Shown here piece by piece: positions 1 to 12,834 of a stretch of 64,000 nt of DNA (its first letter is position 1; each line of letters opens with the position of its first letter). Both the position numbers and the translations under genes were made by a program. Under the pieces are notes generated by a model that was not told the origin of the DNA, did no database searches, and was given only the letters and a program-made list of their open reading frames with translations. The DNA is from Podarcis gaigeae (lineage: Eukaryota): the NCBI GenBank assembly GCA_964106915.2, contig OZ066916.1; one strand, 5' to 3'.

Positions 1-1164
1 TTAGCCTTCATGATTTGAAAGAAGAAACCTTTGTAAGTCTCAGGAAGCATGCTGGGAGTTGAGTAATACAAAACTGTATGCAAGTCTCCAGAGATTCCCC
101 CCTCCTCCTTCTAATGTCAGTGTGCCTTCCCAGACTATGCAAAGTACAAATAGAAGAAGGGAGATTTTTGTGGACAAACGCTCAAAATAAAATACTGTAG
201 CAAGACGAATGAACTAGCTTGTTCCAGTGTGTCTAGATCTGCACAATTATATAGAGATTTACATCATCTCTGTGTCCATGCACAAATATTATTTAAATAG
301 ACTGTAGCAAAACAAAATTGTTTTGACTAAAAACACATTTTATTCTACAAATAGCATGCAGTGTTTTACTACTGGTATCTAATACAATATCTGTATGTAT
401 AACAATGCACATGACAATGTTTAAAAATCTATCGTCAACCTGTCAATTTATCACATGTATATGTTTAAAGTGATTGATACCAGATGAACCGTTTATCCAC
501 TGAAGGTTATTTTAAAAGAAACAGAAAAAAAGAAACCCCAAATCCTTGTAAAGGAACATGCAACAGTATTCTTAAAAAGTTAAATCTGTGCTTGTTCTGT
601 CTCATCGTTACAATATTAACCAAAGTTTTTCTAAAAGCAAGGATTTTATTAAATAATTATCAAGCTTTGTTTTTAATATGACTAAGGCAGGGACTATTAA
701 CGTTAGAAACTGGATAGTTGTGAAATAGGATTGTTGTAATGTAACTTTAAAAATGGCAAAACTTGTTCCTGCACTTCAGTAGCCCCTCCATTGCCCCTCA
801 GGTCTGCTCTACACAATTTTTATGTACAATGCAAAATCTGAAAGTGTGGTCATGGAAGTGGAGTGGCACATGGCACATCCATGTGTCTTACAATAAACAC
901 ACACTTTTTTATTTGGTGCAAATAATATTACAGTATTCATAAATGGAACCAAACTCCTCTTGGCCCCATTACTGCTGGTGGGAGGGGTGGGAGTCTTAGC
1001 CTTTGAAGTTTTTGTTACTGCTGTGTAACCCATGTGAATGTAAAAAAAGGTTCACCTTTTACTATGTGAACAAAGCTTTCTATCTGAGAAAAATACTAAG
1101 TTTTCTTGCAGCATAAGTTAATCCCATGAAAAAGAAGCATTTTTTGAACTGGCATGCTGTTATT

Positions 1165-1195
<31 letters not shown>

Positions 1196-1800
1196 GGCTT
1201 ATCTATGCAAATCCTACACACATTTACTTGGGTGTATCACATTGGACACAATGGGACATGCTTCTGACTAGCAGGCAGAAAAAGGCCCACCTCACTTCTA
1301 ATTTACCGTGCTATATCTTCTAAAAGATTCATTTTAACGTGCTGATGTTGCACTCTGTAATAATTAGCTCTTGGATACCTTCTTTGATTTAAAATGTATA
1401 CTGTGTGACATGAAAAAGTGTGCAGAATTCTATAAACTGTTTATAATTGTGCCTTGCTCCATCTCAAGAATGCAGCACCACAGTGGTTGAAAATAAAGAC
1501 GTCATAAATAGTAATGGTACAGAATGTACATCCTGTGTAACTAAATGGATACATTTGTGACTTGTACTTGTTTACATTTAGATACATTTGTTACTTGTAC
1601 ATTTGTTACTTGTACTTGTTTACAAGATAAGGGCAGTACCAAGAAAGTGAGAGCATCAGTAACTACGTCTTTTGACATTTTACCTTATCAGTGGAATGCA
1701 ATAAACTGACTTGCAAAGTACCCAGTCATAATTCTTTAGAAGAGTAACCTTGATTCTTAACATATTTGTAGTTCTACCTCCTCCACTTATACAATAAACA
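1..1800 (+). other. Probable 3' UTR / 3' flank of the upstream gene (SLC16A10 by synteny)
   Basis: AU-rich and repeat-poor, with AATAAA at 892 and 1492 plus others. Gene identity comes only from remembered SLC16A10-MFSD4B-REV3L order; no coding sequence is visible. Confidence 0.35.
1168..1195. repeat. (AC)14 microsatellite
   Basis: Read directly. Confidence 0.95.
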
Positions 1801-3251
1801 GTTTTCAAGGAAACCTTTTTAGTTATTACCCAATCTGAAAACATTTATAAAAATTTCCAACTTTTACTTCTAGCCATATTCCTATTACCAACATTCTAGC
1901 TGCATAAAACAAAAAAACTGCTTATGTCCGAAGTACAAATATCTATCAACTTTATCTCACTTTTCTTAATAGCTTAGCCCCATGTATCTGAGGCTTTTTC
2001 TCTTAGCTGTGCTTCTCTGTGCATGTGCCATGCTTAAGGAGTGTGGTGACAGCAAAGGTTTAATAACCCTGTCTCAAATATTAAAAACCCATTGCCAACT
2101 ATTCAGTTGTATTATATATTTTGTTACCTCCTTGAAAAAGTAGGGTGGTGAATTTTCTGCCTTGTCAAAATGCAAATGGGCATCTATACCCAGATAGTCG
2201 ATCAGCAGAGGTCACAGTGGGCAGGGTGGAAATTCAGACTACTCAGCCCCACCTCCTAGCTAGGTGCTATATGAACAAGGTTCTCCTAAGCCACTCTCCG
2301 CCCCAGCCCCCCAGCTATTGAGAATATATATATACCAGCCTACAGAAACGATAAAATAAAAAAGTAGATAAATAAAACAGTACATTTAAAGATCCAGAAT
2401 ACAATAAATACATTGTTACCGTCATTTAAAATAGCAAGTCTCCTCTTGAACAGGGTAACACTCAGGACTCCAAATAGGTCTGAGTAAACAACTCGAGTTT
2501 TTTGGAGATGGAGCATTATTGCGAAATCTCCTTTGGAAGGGTATTGCAGAGGGTTGGGGCTACGACAGAAAAGGCCTGCTTCAAAGAGTTTTTGTATAAG
2601 GGGAACTTGCAGTGGCAAGACATTTTCTAACCACTTAAAGACAACCCCCATACACGGCATTTTCCACACGTAGTAAGATCCGAGTTATAAAAAGCATCAA
2701 AAAGCATCAAGTCCTGTTTGAGTGGATGGTCGTTACCCAGCCACAACCATAAGAAATATTTGGCTTTCTCCATTGCTTTCTCCCCTTCTCTCTCTTTTTT
2801 AATTTCAAGTTTACATACCCATACAAGGAATTGCCAATTTCTTTCTATGGCGAAAGGGGGCTTTCACTCCCGTCCCTGTAAAAAGGCAGCGGGGGTGGGT
2901 GGGGGGAGGCGGAGGACCCCAAAAATGCACAAGAAATCAGTTTCCCGGCAACGGAATGGTCTCTCTAGCTTTTCCTATCTCTGTCCCCTTCAGCATGTTC
3001 GTTCCCTTGGCAGCACTTAGGCAACAGGCGGCAAGCCCAGATCTCCAAAATATAGTAACGAGCAAAGGGCAGGTAGCGACCCGGCCACCCCTTTTCACCT
3101 GGCGGGAAACCGCTTCCGTAAAGCAGGCGACTAACTGGGAAGCTCGAAAAGCACATTTGAGCGACCTTAGCCAATGCGAGCACTTGAACGGCCTTCGCGG
3201 AAATAAACAGGAATGAGCGGGCATACAGCTGGGCGGGGCCTACTTCCAAGG

Positions 3252-3270
3252 GCATTCTGGGAGTTGTAGT
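3252..3270 (-). promoter_or_regulatory. ZNF143 (STAF) / THAP11-HCF1 ACTACA-SBS element
   Basis: Minus strand reads ACTACAACTCCCAGAATGC, matching the ACTAYRnnnCCCR/SBS promoter motif, about 120 bp upstream of the ATG. Confidence 0.75.
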
Positions 3271-3390
3271 TTTTAACAGAGAGGAGGTGCCCCCTGGCCC
3301 TCCGGCCTTCGCTGCGCAACATGCGGAAGCCACTGTGCGTCTTGGGGTCACGTGGCCCGGCGCTTGCCATAGCGGCTCCCGGCTGTAGGG

Positions 3391-3723
3391 ATGGCGGGCG
3401 CTGCCGAGAGGAAGAAGCAGGTTCGCTTCGCTCGTCTAGAGGAGGAGGATGAAGGCGGAGGAGGAGGAGGAGGAGGAGGAAGCCGCCGCGAGGCAGAGAG
3501 TGAGTCGATGGCGACAGGAGGGGCGCCTTCGGAGGAGCCACTCGGGGGCTCTGCTGCGCGGCTCGCCCTTCAGCCGCTGGTCGTGGTGGCCGAGGGCGGC
3601 CGAAGAAGCCGGGCTGGAGGCGGCGACAGCGCCGCAAAGCGGGAAGCGGCTGTGGCGGCGGCTCCGCGGCGGGCGCTGAAATGGTGCACTTCGGCGGCTC
3701 TTTGCGCCGCTTTCCTGGGCCTG
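3391..3723 (+). CDS. MFSD4B: MFSD4B coding exon 1 (MAGAAERKKQVRF...LCAAFLGL)
   Basis: gggATGG Kozak context inside the CpG island; donor CTG|GTGAGC; 111 codons, phase 0. An alternative in-frame ATG lies at 3508. Confidence 0.85.
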
Positions 3724-3948
3724 GTGAGCTCACTCAGCGTTTCGGGGGTGGGTGGGTGGTCGTGTGTCACTCAAAGTTTCCAGGGTTTCTTCTCTGGTTG
3801 TCCATGCGAGGCTCCCTCGCAGTGCTGCCGAAGGCCCTCAGACCACGGAGGAGCCGAAGGAACGTCAGGACGGGACTCGGCACGTTCCGGTCCTTGACAC
3901 GGGCAGAAATGCGGCGTCACCGCCAGTAGATGCGTAAAAACAAGTACA

Positions 3949-4006
<58 letters not shown>

Positions 4007-7000
4007 CTGAAAGATAGAGGGATTTGCGGGGCGCCTATCTTCCCTCGGATTTCTCCAAGAAACGAGCAGACGCCTTTTCTTTAATTGAATTATTATTATT
4101 ATTATTATTATTATTTGAATTAGTGCACTGTTCTCCTCAAGTACCGGTACTTGAAATACAGAGCGTTAGCGTGGCCTTCCCAGAGATGTGGATTAGAGTT
4201 CTCACTCACTGCAGCCAAGCGAAGATTTGCAGGTGGTTGTGGCCCAAAACACCTGGAAGGCTCTAGGATGCCGAAGGATAACATGGTGAATGGGCCACTC
4301 CTGTGTAGTTCAGCTGCGGTCCCAAAATAGAAGCCCTCAGTTTGTTAGGTTTAGATCCTGCCTTTTGCCAGGATGGCCTTAAGATAGCTTGCAATATATA
4401 TTTTTAACCATATAAATTAAATAGCTCAGACCAGCACCAGCAGAAAAATTCAGGTAAAAAGGAGAAGTATATTTGTAGGGTCAAAGGATGAAGATCTTGT
4501 TGCCTATTACATGAAACCACCTAGTGGTTTCTGAGGATTTTGAGTCAGGTGTCGCCAATGCATATGCTGATGTTGCTCTCCTGTTTTTGTGGTTAAGGTG
4601 GGAGAGTGGAAGTGCTAAATTGTTGTTTGGTCTTGGTAATGGATTAATAAATTTAAGATCAATCTCAGCAAAATGGAGGTGCTGTTCATAGGTGATTCTT
4701 CTGTCTCAGACATGGTGTTCAACCTATTAAAGGTGGGGTTTTATGTCTAGCATGTAGTTTCTTAAAGTCGCATCATTTTGGTTAGAGTGGCTCCTCTTGC
4801 ACTGAAATAATCTGTGCTCTGGTAATCACAATGTACTTGCTGATTTTGATGATTATATGGAAACCACAGTTAGTTCACAATATAGCTGTTTGGGATGGTT
4901 TCATGAGCATTTAATTGATCTTAAAACTGCTTTTGATCTTATTCCTAAAAAAAATTAATGGGAGAATAAATATTTGTATTCTGTGGATAAGATAATTCTT
5001 TTAAAATTTGAATTGCAAGTAATAATCTCCCATTATCCCATGAATATAAGTTGCTCTTACTTCTGGATAAGTGTGCTTAGGATTGCAAGGAGTGGTTGTC
5101 ACCTACTGACTTGTTTTTATTTTTTATCTCAAGTTTATTAATAACAGAAAGTATGTTTGATTTTCACTTCACATTGATATTTATTTATTTCCAGGGTATG
5201 GCCATTGCTATCCTAGGCCCCACATTTGAAGACCTGGCTGCAAATGTGAACAAAAATGTCAGTCAAATTTCTTATATTTTTGTGGGCCGTTCATCGGGGT
5301 ACTTTGGTGGTTCTCTGATTGGTGGTATACTTTTTGATTGCATGAATGCCCAACTTCTCTTGGGTAAGTACACAGGGAATAATACTGATTTTTATATCAT
5401 TGCCCTGATTCACAAAAGTTGGATGGGCAATTGCATAGTCAAAAACGTAAGGGCACAAATATGTATGTCACAAGCTGTGCATGCAGTCCAACCTGAGGGG
5501 AAATGGAGCGGATTAAGTTTCTCTCGCTCCCACAGCCCATTTCCCAGGCTGTTTGATACTTTCTTTGCACCGTTGAAGCAAGTCATTCAGTTTTTTAAAA
5601 ATGGCTTGACTCTTCAGCAGTGAGAATTCAATGGAATTCAGCTTTATGGGTAGCTTCCTTGCATGTTAATAACTTTTTTTAGATTGCTGCTTCAATATGC
5701 AATCAACCTTTTGGCGTCTTAAGACTTTAGTACTATTCCCACTTACCTGGGAGAAACACGCACTGGTAGACAAGTATATGTCTAAGGAGACATGTTTAAG
5801 ATTATACTGCATGCATGCTTTTGATGTCTGAATGTAAAACTAGCATACAGGGTATTTTGTGTGACTAATGTCTTATGTTTATTACTTAAATCTAATTTAA
5901 ATATTTTCCAGGAATAAAAAAATTCCAGAATAAACTTAGATTTGAAATTATTATAAATTGTAGCTTTTAAAAAGTGCAATATGAAATGGTGTGTTTAATT
6001 ATTTCTCCCTTATAGGATTTTCTATGCTGGGTACAGCCCTGGGTCTTTATGTCATCCCCTGGTGCAATAAAGCACTTCTGTTAACATTCATGATGTCTGT
6101 CATTGGGTTTGCAATGGGAGTCCTTGATACAGGTAATAAAACCACAACACTTGTTTCATGATATTCATCCTGTTTGGAATGATTCAGTTAGGATTATGTT
6201 GAATCTCTTAATTTAAAATGGCTTACAATTTTTAAATCAGGAAAGTGAAGAGAGATGCTCACTTTGAAGAAAACTACTGCTTTAGTGGTTATGGAAGGGG
6301 TAAGAGATACCATGTGGAGGAAGATGGAGTGTGCACAGTGTTGAAGAAGCTATGGTGCTGATCAAACAGATGAGGCAGCAAAGAGCTTAGAGACAGAACA
6401 GTTTCTATTGAAGATCAAGAGAGTATCCAAGGCAGTGAATGGGGTCGTTAATTCAAAGGTGAAGGTCAAAGGAACACAGCAGAGGTGGTGTTAGAAACTC
6501 AGATATATAAGATAGGAGCCAAAAGGCTTCTTAAACCAAGATTGCAGTCACCAAAACAGAATGTCTAGTTGCCACTTTGGGGCAATACTACTCTTAAGGT
6601 CTTATTTTCAAATGAAGGTCTGACTGATTGATTCTCAGTTAAACATCTGGCTAGTTCAGATGACAGCCTTGAGCTAGGTTAATAATATTTTGAGACCCTA
6701 AAGAAGAAAAGCCACTTGATTCAGGGACAGTTCATATATATATTGGCCTATTCTGACCTCTTTTTCTTAATACAGACCATTCATAATGTAGGAATATTTT
6801 TCACAACTGCGAGCAGGCCAGTGGGGTAGGGTAAGTGAAGACAAGCTACAACAATTAACTATAACATCCTTCACTGCTCCTGCTGCACAGAAAAAGCATT
6901 TTGGTTGTCATGTATATTAAAGGAGATGGATGGGAATATTGTCAAATAGGAAGAAGGTGAGCCAAGGATTTTGATCTGAAATGATTATTGAGAAAGATCA

Positions 7001-10000
7001 AGGAGTGATAAAGGGAAGCAGAATGGAGTGGTAATGGAGAACAGTATCATTACAGAAGTATGGATTTTGGAGGTTGAAAAACAGTGAGATGGGTGTGGTT
7101 GTGGTCAGGCTCTGCGATTAGCAGGGAGAAGGTCAGTGCTAATGCAGCCACAGGAAAGAAGTGACCGCCAGAAGGAGAGACCACTGAAGGAGAGGGCAGC
7201 AGCAGTGTCAATGCTGGTGGTAGAGAGTCAGATTTTGGTGAGTGCAAGTTGCTGGAGGGTTTAAGAGAAGAAAGGATTGTGAAAGATCAATGATTTCTTA
7301 GTGAGGGAGCAGCAGTTCCAGAGGAAGCATGAAAATAGGAGTGGGGAGCAGTGAATGGGAGACGGCAAGTGAATGCCACAACGCTGGAGGAAGCCATTAG
7401 AGCTCTGGAGCCAAGAAAAGGCTCTGAAGGAGAAATGGAAAATGATATTGGTAGAGCAGTGAGGGTCATAAAATGCATCTCTGGCAGGTAATCTTGTTGT
7501 CTTCAATGATGGGTTGTTTCTGTGGTGTAATGCTGGTAAGAGGGTCAAGCAGGTGTGATATCTTGCCTAGTAATGTATCTGCATCTTTCTGTTGCAAACA
7601 TAGTGCTTTCCTTTGAAAAAGAAGTTTAGTCCTCAGTAGCACTTGGAGCCAAGGAAGAAAGAAGACTGTCAAGACAACAGGGTTGTTGTTTTTTATGCTG
7701 GCTGGACTGTGCACTTGTTAAACAATTTCTTAAGGGAGTCATTTTAATGATTGATTTTAATGTTTTTATATTGCTGTACACCGCCCTGGTATTTTACGAG
7801 AGTATGGGATATAAATCCTTATCAGTAAGCAAACCTTTGATCTTTGAAGTGTCACTGTCAAGCTAGAGGAAACTTTCTGTGTTTCTGTGAATAGAGGCCG
7901 TTGAACCACCTCCTGCTATTTATTCATAATATTATCAAAACTGTGTTTTCAGCAGGAACCGTTTGATAACAATTACAGAATTTTATGGGAATGTTCACTT
8001 AGTTATTGAAATAATTGTGAAGCTTTATAGTTGACATTGAATATGCTCTGTTAAATTGACCTCATTCTGCATACTGGTGAGCAGATGGATTCCATTTAAT
8101 TAAGATACTAAACATATTATTGCATATAGTGCTTGTCACTTGAGAGAACCTGGGTTCTGCCTGTTGAGAATTTTGAAGGAACTCCTTTCTGTCTTACCTC
8201 TTATGCTCTCCTCCTCTGTGCTTAATCAATTGGGGGAGGGGTTCATTCACCAACTGGCATGACCTGCATACAGCTGCCAGTTGTCGTCCCCCTGAACCTC
8301 CCCCTCACCTGTGATCACTGAGTGAAAGTATGATGTAGGGCTTTGCATGTGTGATTGGGGAACCAGGGTTATCCTAGTTGCCCTAATCATTTGTTCAGGC
8401 CCTGTGTGTTTACAGTTGAATGTGCACAGGGCCCACCAGCAGGGTGGGATTCAGTAGCTACAAGCTTTTCACACACTGAATATGGATTGGGAGTGTGAGA
8501 AGAGGGCTTTCAGGAAGACTTGTGGGGATGGAGGAGCTGCTAGTCTACTGCTTTTCGTCACTTCTTCCCCCCTCAACTCATGAGTAGGGGGGCTCCTTGT
8601 AGCTCTTCAGGTGCAGCTGGTTGCTAGTTCTCATCTCTGAATACTGGCCCTAGTGACTGTGGCTGATGGGAATTTAAGTCAAGCAGCAACTGGAGGTTCC
8701 CACCCTGGGAAAGTACACTGGGAACTGAAAACAGGCTAACTAGCCACAGCTCCCCCTTTTCTTTCGTTCGGCTGTAATCCCTTCTAGTTACCTGTGCCTG
8801 TTGATGAGGGAGCCTTCAGAGTTCTCAGCAGGTGGAGTGAGGTTGCTCTTGAGTGATGATGTAAGGTTCCAAGAAACCAGTCTGAATATGGAAACTATAC
8901 CCTGTATATTTTCTTTACCCCACAGGTGGCAATGTTCTTGCCTTGGACACATGGGGAGAAGAAGCCGGTCCGCATATGCAGGCCTTACACTTCAGTTTTG
9001 CTCTGGGTGCTTTTGTGGCTCCCATCCTGGCCAAGATGGCGCTAGGTGGCTCCGCTATTGGTTCTCCGGTTCTGTTGGGTGGTAATGTTGACAATCAGTC
9101 TGCCGTGAATTCTCTTCCTGCTGCTACACCAGTCCTGAAACTGCATTTAAACTTGAACTTTATGTGGTCTTATGTTGTTATAGGCAGTTATCTTTTGCTT
9201 GTTGCATTGTTTTTCCTTGTTTTGTGTTTGAAGAGCAGTCCCGTCCGCGACAGGACAAAGTTTTCCACACAGAAATACCAGATTGCTAAATACCACCGTG
9301 CCGTCATATGTCTCCTCTCTGTGTTCTTTTTCTGGTATGTAGGGGCAGAGGTCACTTATGGTTCTTACATTTTTACTTATGCAAAAACCTTCGCTGCCAT
9401 GAAGGAACATGAAGCAGCTGGGTTGAATTCCCTCTTTTGGGGATCATTTGCAGCTTGCAGGGGACTGGCAATCTGTTTTGCTGCTTGCTCTTACCCTGGA
9501 ACTATGATCCTTCTGAGTATCATAGGCTCCACTCTGTCATGCCTATTCCTGGCACTGTTCAGTACATACCCAGTCTCTCTGTGGCTTGGCTCTGCAGTAT
9601 ATGGAGCATCCATGGCGACTATCTTCCCTAGCGGCATTTCCTGGATTGAGCAGTATACAACCATCCATGGGAAATCTGCAGCATTATTTGTAATGGGTGC
9701 AGCTCTGGGGGAAATGTGTATTCCTGCAGTGGTTGGCTACCTTCAAGGACATTTCCCTGCTATCCCTGTGCTCATGTATTCTGCGTTGGGAGCAGCAGCC
9801 ATGACATCAGTGCTGTTCCCCGTGATGTATAAATTAGCTACATCACCCTTCGATGCTAAACTGAAGGATGTGGGGGATGGTGAGCTCCAGGAAGCCTTAT
9901 TGTCCCATTCTCATCTTGAGGATGATGATGATGACGACGGCAGAGAATGGAATGAAGTAGACTTTGAAGTAATTGAGATGAATGACACTATGAGGAACTC

Positions 10001-10142
10001 TGTCATAGAAACATCCAAGACGATCGAAGGGGAATCGACACCTGCCACCTCTGCTCATCCTTCTTCAAGAAACATTTTTAATTCTTCTCCTCGGCTTACT
10101 GTCGGCTCCCCAAAACATAAGAATTCTAGTAAGAATGACTAA
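3391..10142 (+). CDS. MFSD4B: MFSD4B (SLC60A2 / KIAA1919 / NAGLT1-like) major facilitator superfamily transporter, 611 aa; join(3391..3723,5195..5363,6016..6132,8926..10142)
   Basis: Four exons with GT-AG sites join in frame (333+169+117+1217=1836 nt). Translation LCAAFLGL-GMAIAILGPTFEDLA...GVLDTGGNVLALDTWGEEAGPHMQALHFSFALGAFVAP matches the MFSD4B family as I recall it. Tail-to-tail position next to REV3L fits known amniote synteny. Confidence 0.93.
3952..4006. repeat. Compound (GT)n(GA)n microsatellite in MFSD4B intron 1
   Basis: Read directly; (TTA)n follows at 4089-4115. Confidence 0.95.
5195..5363 (+). CDS. MFSD4B: MFSD4B coding exon 2
   Basis: tttccag|GGTATG...TTGG|gtaagt; GMAIAILGPTFEDLAANV...QLLL. 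Confidence 0.95.
6016..6132 (+). CDS. MFSD4B: MFSD4B coding exon 3 (absent from the ORF track)
   Basis: cccttatag|GATTT...ACAG|gtaata; (G)FSMLGTALGLYVIPWCNKALLLTFMMSVIGFAMGVLDT(G); phase 1-1. Confidence 0.94.
8926..10142 (+). CDS. MFSD4B: MFSD4B terminal coding exon 4
   Basis: ccccacag|GTGGCAAT; continues into ORF 8943..10142 with several TM helices and an acidic cytosolic tail; TAA at 10140-10142. Confidence 0.96.
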
Positions 10143-12350
10143 GCCCATCTTGCTTTAAGAACAAGAGGTTCACCAAACACTTCATTAAAGTGGTAAGAAG
10201 CTTGGTTAAATCCCAGTTAAAGTTGGTTTTTGGTATAAATGTGTATTTGCAGGTACCAAAAAGGGATGATGTGGTGGAGCCATTTATGCGAGTGTGATGG
10301 TAGTAGAAAAAGCCAGGTTTTCATAAATCCATATTCTAGTGGTTCTTTAGTCAGATGGTGAGCTTACATCTGGGAAGCGTAGTAAAATAATCACGACTGT
10401 CTTGATTCAGATCTGATTTCTATACTGAACATTGTAAGCAAGCTTTGACCAAAGGGGGTTGCATTTCATTTGAACCATGGTGTGATACTTAACGAGGTAC
10501 CTTGTGAGGGCACCAGGGGTGGTCCTCATTCTGTAAATAGTTATTGCTTGTGTTCCTAAGATGTTGATGCCAAGATTTACTCTAATAACAAATATATTTT
10601 TTAAAAAGTGAAAAAGTTGTTTTGCGGGTTGTATCTGATTTTTGAAAAGCAGAAGTATCACATTATGAAAATATTTAATTCTTTAGTACTTACATTATTG
10701 GTACAGGCAGTTTTTAATTTGTGTGGAGGTTATGTTCCGGACTCCCGTGCACATTGATGGAGCATGCTCCCATCCCACCCCTTTTTGTGACATCTTTATG
10801 CTTTAGGGCTACTTTAGGTTCAGGGCCATGTGAGTGATTGTGTGTCGTTCAAACAATCCTAAATTGATCGTTGCCTGTACTTTCTCTGGGAGCAAGCTAA
10901 AACCCAGGCACATCTATTTCCCTATATGTATGAGTAAGCCCTAGCCACCCTATTTCCACTAGCAGAACTTACAAGTCATATCATTTTATTTTATTTTACT
11001 GAAAAGCACATGGCAACAGCAATTTGCTAGGTTACTGTAGAAGGGAAATGCTGTAATCTGTAATGGCACTTCATCCAGATCCTTACCCTCAATAATGCCA
11101 CTTGGTAGAGGTGTTCTTTCTAGAACATGCAGAATGTGGTTTAAAGAACACAACATTGCAAGCACTACTAGAAGAGCACAGGTTGTGCTTTCTTCCCCCA
11201 CTCCAATCCAGGCATAATTTCTCAACTTATTAGTGTACAGACTGTCCATACCTAAGAAATGCTCTTTTGTAACTGCTGTATAATTGGAATGGCGTTATTT
11301 ATGACTGTACAATTAAATGGCAAGATTCTGTGGTATGTGGTTTGTTCATGGTGAAATAGAGGACTTGTGGACTGGAACTTGGGAAAGCTAGCATTTTGGC
11401 TGTAGACAATGATGCTACCTCAATGGGATGATTTTTAATATTAAAAGCTGAATAAGTAAAGATGTCGGTCTTTTAAAAACTAAGCATTAATATGCAATAA
11501 ATTGCGGATTAGACTGAATTTGTACACTGTTTCACAATTAGAAATATTACACATGTAAAAGCCAGAGTTAATTGTGTTTCCATTAACTGAATCTCATTAG
11601 TAAATTTCTTAACCGTTTGAACTGCCTGAAGTGTGTATATCCAGCTTATAGTTGCCTGTAAGAACTAGGATTCAAAATACTACTTTAGGCATGCATAAAG
11701 GATTGAATATGCGCAGGGGATTGTTTCCCCCCCTCATTTTGAATGGTGCACCTCATTGCCATAACAAGAACAGGTTTTCCATGCACTATGAAAAGCTGCT
11801 GTTGCTGAATTACAGTTTCAAAGTTTCTTTGAAACTGAAGCCATGTGGTTGTGTGGTAGCCTTTTCATTGATGAAAATAGCTTCCGATTGTTGGGTAAAA
11901 TCAAATCAAGAGCATGGTAATAGCTTATGTTTTTCAAGAATTTGTGCTGAGTTGTGGGTGTTGGGTATTACAAGGTCGTATTAAGGATTCTTGCTCTTTC
12001 TTGGGGTTCTAAGTATTGTAAATGCTGTAACTCCAAACTCAGTATTTACTTGAGGAATCGGGTCCTTTCCTACAATGAAAATGTTATTCTTGGTATATTT
12101 GTGATTGTTCTGTATGAAATGGCATTATGAAATAGACATTTTGACAACTTGTTTTAACTCACATCAATGCTACATTTGCCTTAAATGTTATAGCTCTTAT
12201 TTGGGTATGATGATTAGTTTTTCTCAAGTGTGTGTCTATTGGTAAGGTAATTTTGTAATGTAAATGCAGCTAGGGAGTTAATTGCTTGTGTTTACAGGGG
12301 TATTGGGAAGTGTGATATTTTCTTGAATAAAAATTATTTATTTACCAAAG
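10143..12350 (+). other. MFSD4B: Probable MFSD4B 3' UTR, with AATAAA at 11496-11501 and 12326-12331
   Basis: AU-rich sequence after the stop with two canonical hexamers; the true end cannot be fixed without RNA data. Confidence 0.5.
10704..10877. mobile_element. Tigger-like MITE in the MFSD4B 3' region
   Basis: TA-CAGGCA...TGCCTG-TA; GGTTATGTTCCG shared with 42105-42333. Confidence 0.6.
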
Positions 12351-12834
12351 TTAGCCTTGACCACCATTTCTTAGGGAATCCAATACTCAAGTCCATGAGT
12401 AAACAGAGTACATTCATTGTTTCCTTAATGATCGACTTTGCATGTAACTAAGCCATGATTTAAGAAACTACAAATAAATCCTGAGTTGTTTCAGTCAAAC
12501 CATTGCTTCTCTCTCTCTCTCCATAGTTTGGTATGTTTTCCAGGTGCTCCTGCTTGTGGGGTGGCCAAAGGAACTATGAAAAAGAGTGCCAGGTTCACAC
12601 ATTAGACAAAACCATGAAAAATTTAGTAAGGTAAGCGATTGGGTAAACAGGTCATTTACCAGTATTCTTTTTCTTTAAAGCTTGCTTTATCGTATGAGAA
12701 TTTCTTATTTGGGGGATTGTTATACTAAATTGTGACTAAAGGTGGATTTCTCAAGAAAAATGATGGTTTTTAGGGAATGTTATTTTGGAACTCATTGGCC
12801 ATTATTGTTAAAGAAAAGCACTACAGCTACATTG

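Larger units (their letters stand above)
2870..3935. promoter_or_regulatory. CpG island / MFSD4B promoter
   Basis: Sharp rise in GC and CpG against an AT-rich background. CCAAT 3171-3175, GC box GGGCGGGG 3231-3238, ETS core CGGAAG 3324-3329, E-box GTCACGTG 3347-3354. Confidence 0.85.

Noticed and set aside
1549-1625. Short imperfect tandem repeats (ACATTTGTTACTTGT)
   Set aside because: Slippage-type duplication with no spacer structure, so not CRISPR-like or evidently functional.
3724-3897. 3' part of ORF 3391..3897
   Set aside because: Read-through into intron 1 past the CTG|GTGAGC donor.
2718-3937. Many overlapping ORFs on both strands
   Set aside because: Expected from stop-codon depletion in a CpG island; only the 3391 frame splices into MFSD4B.
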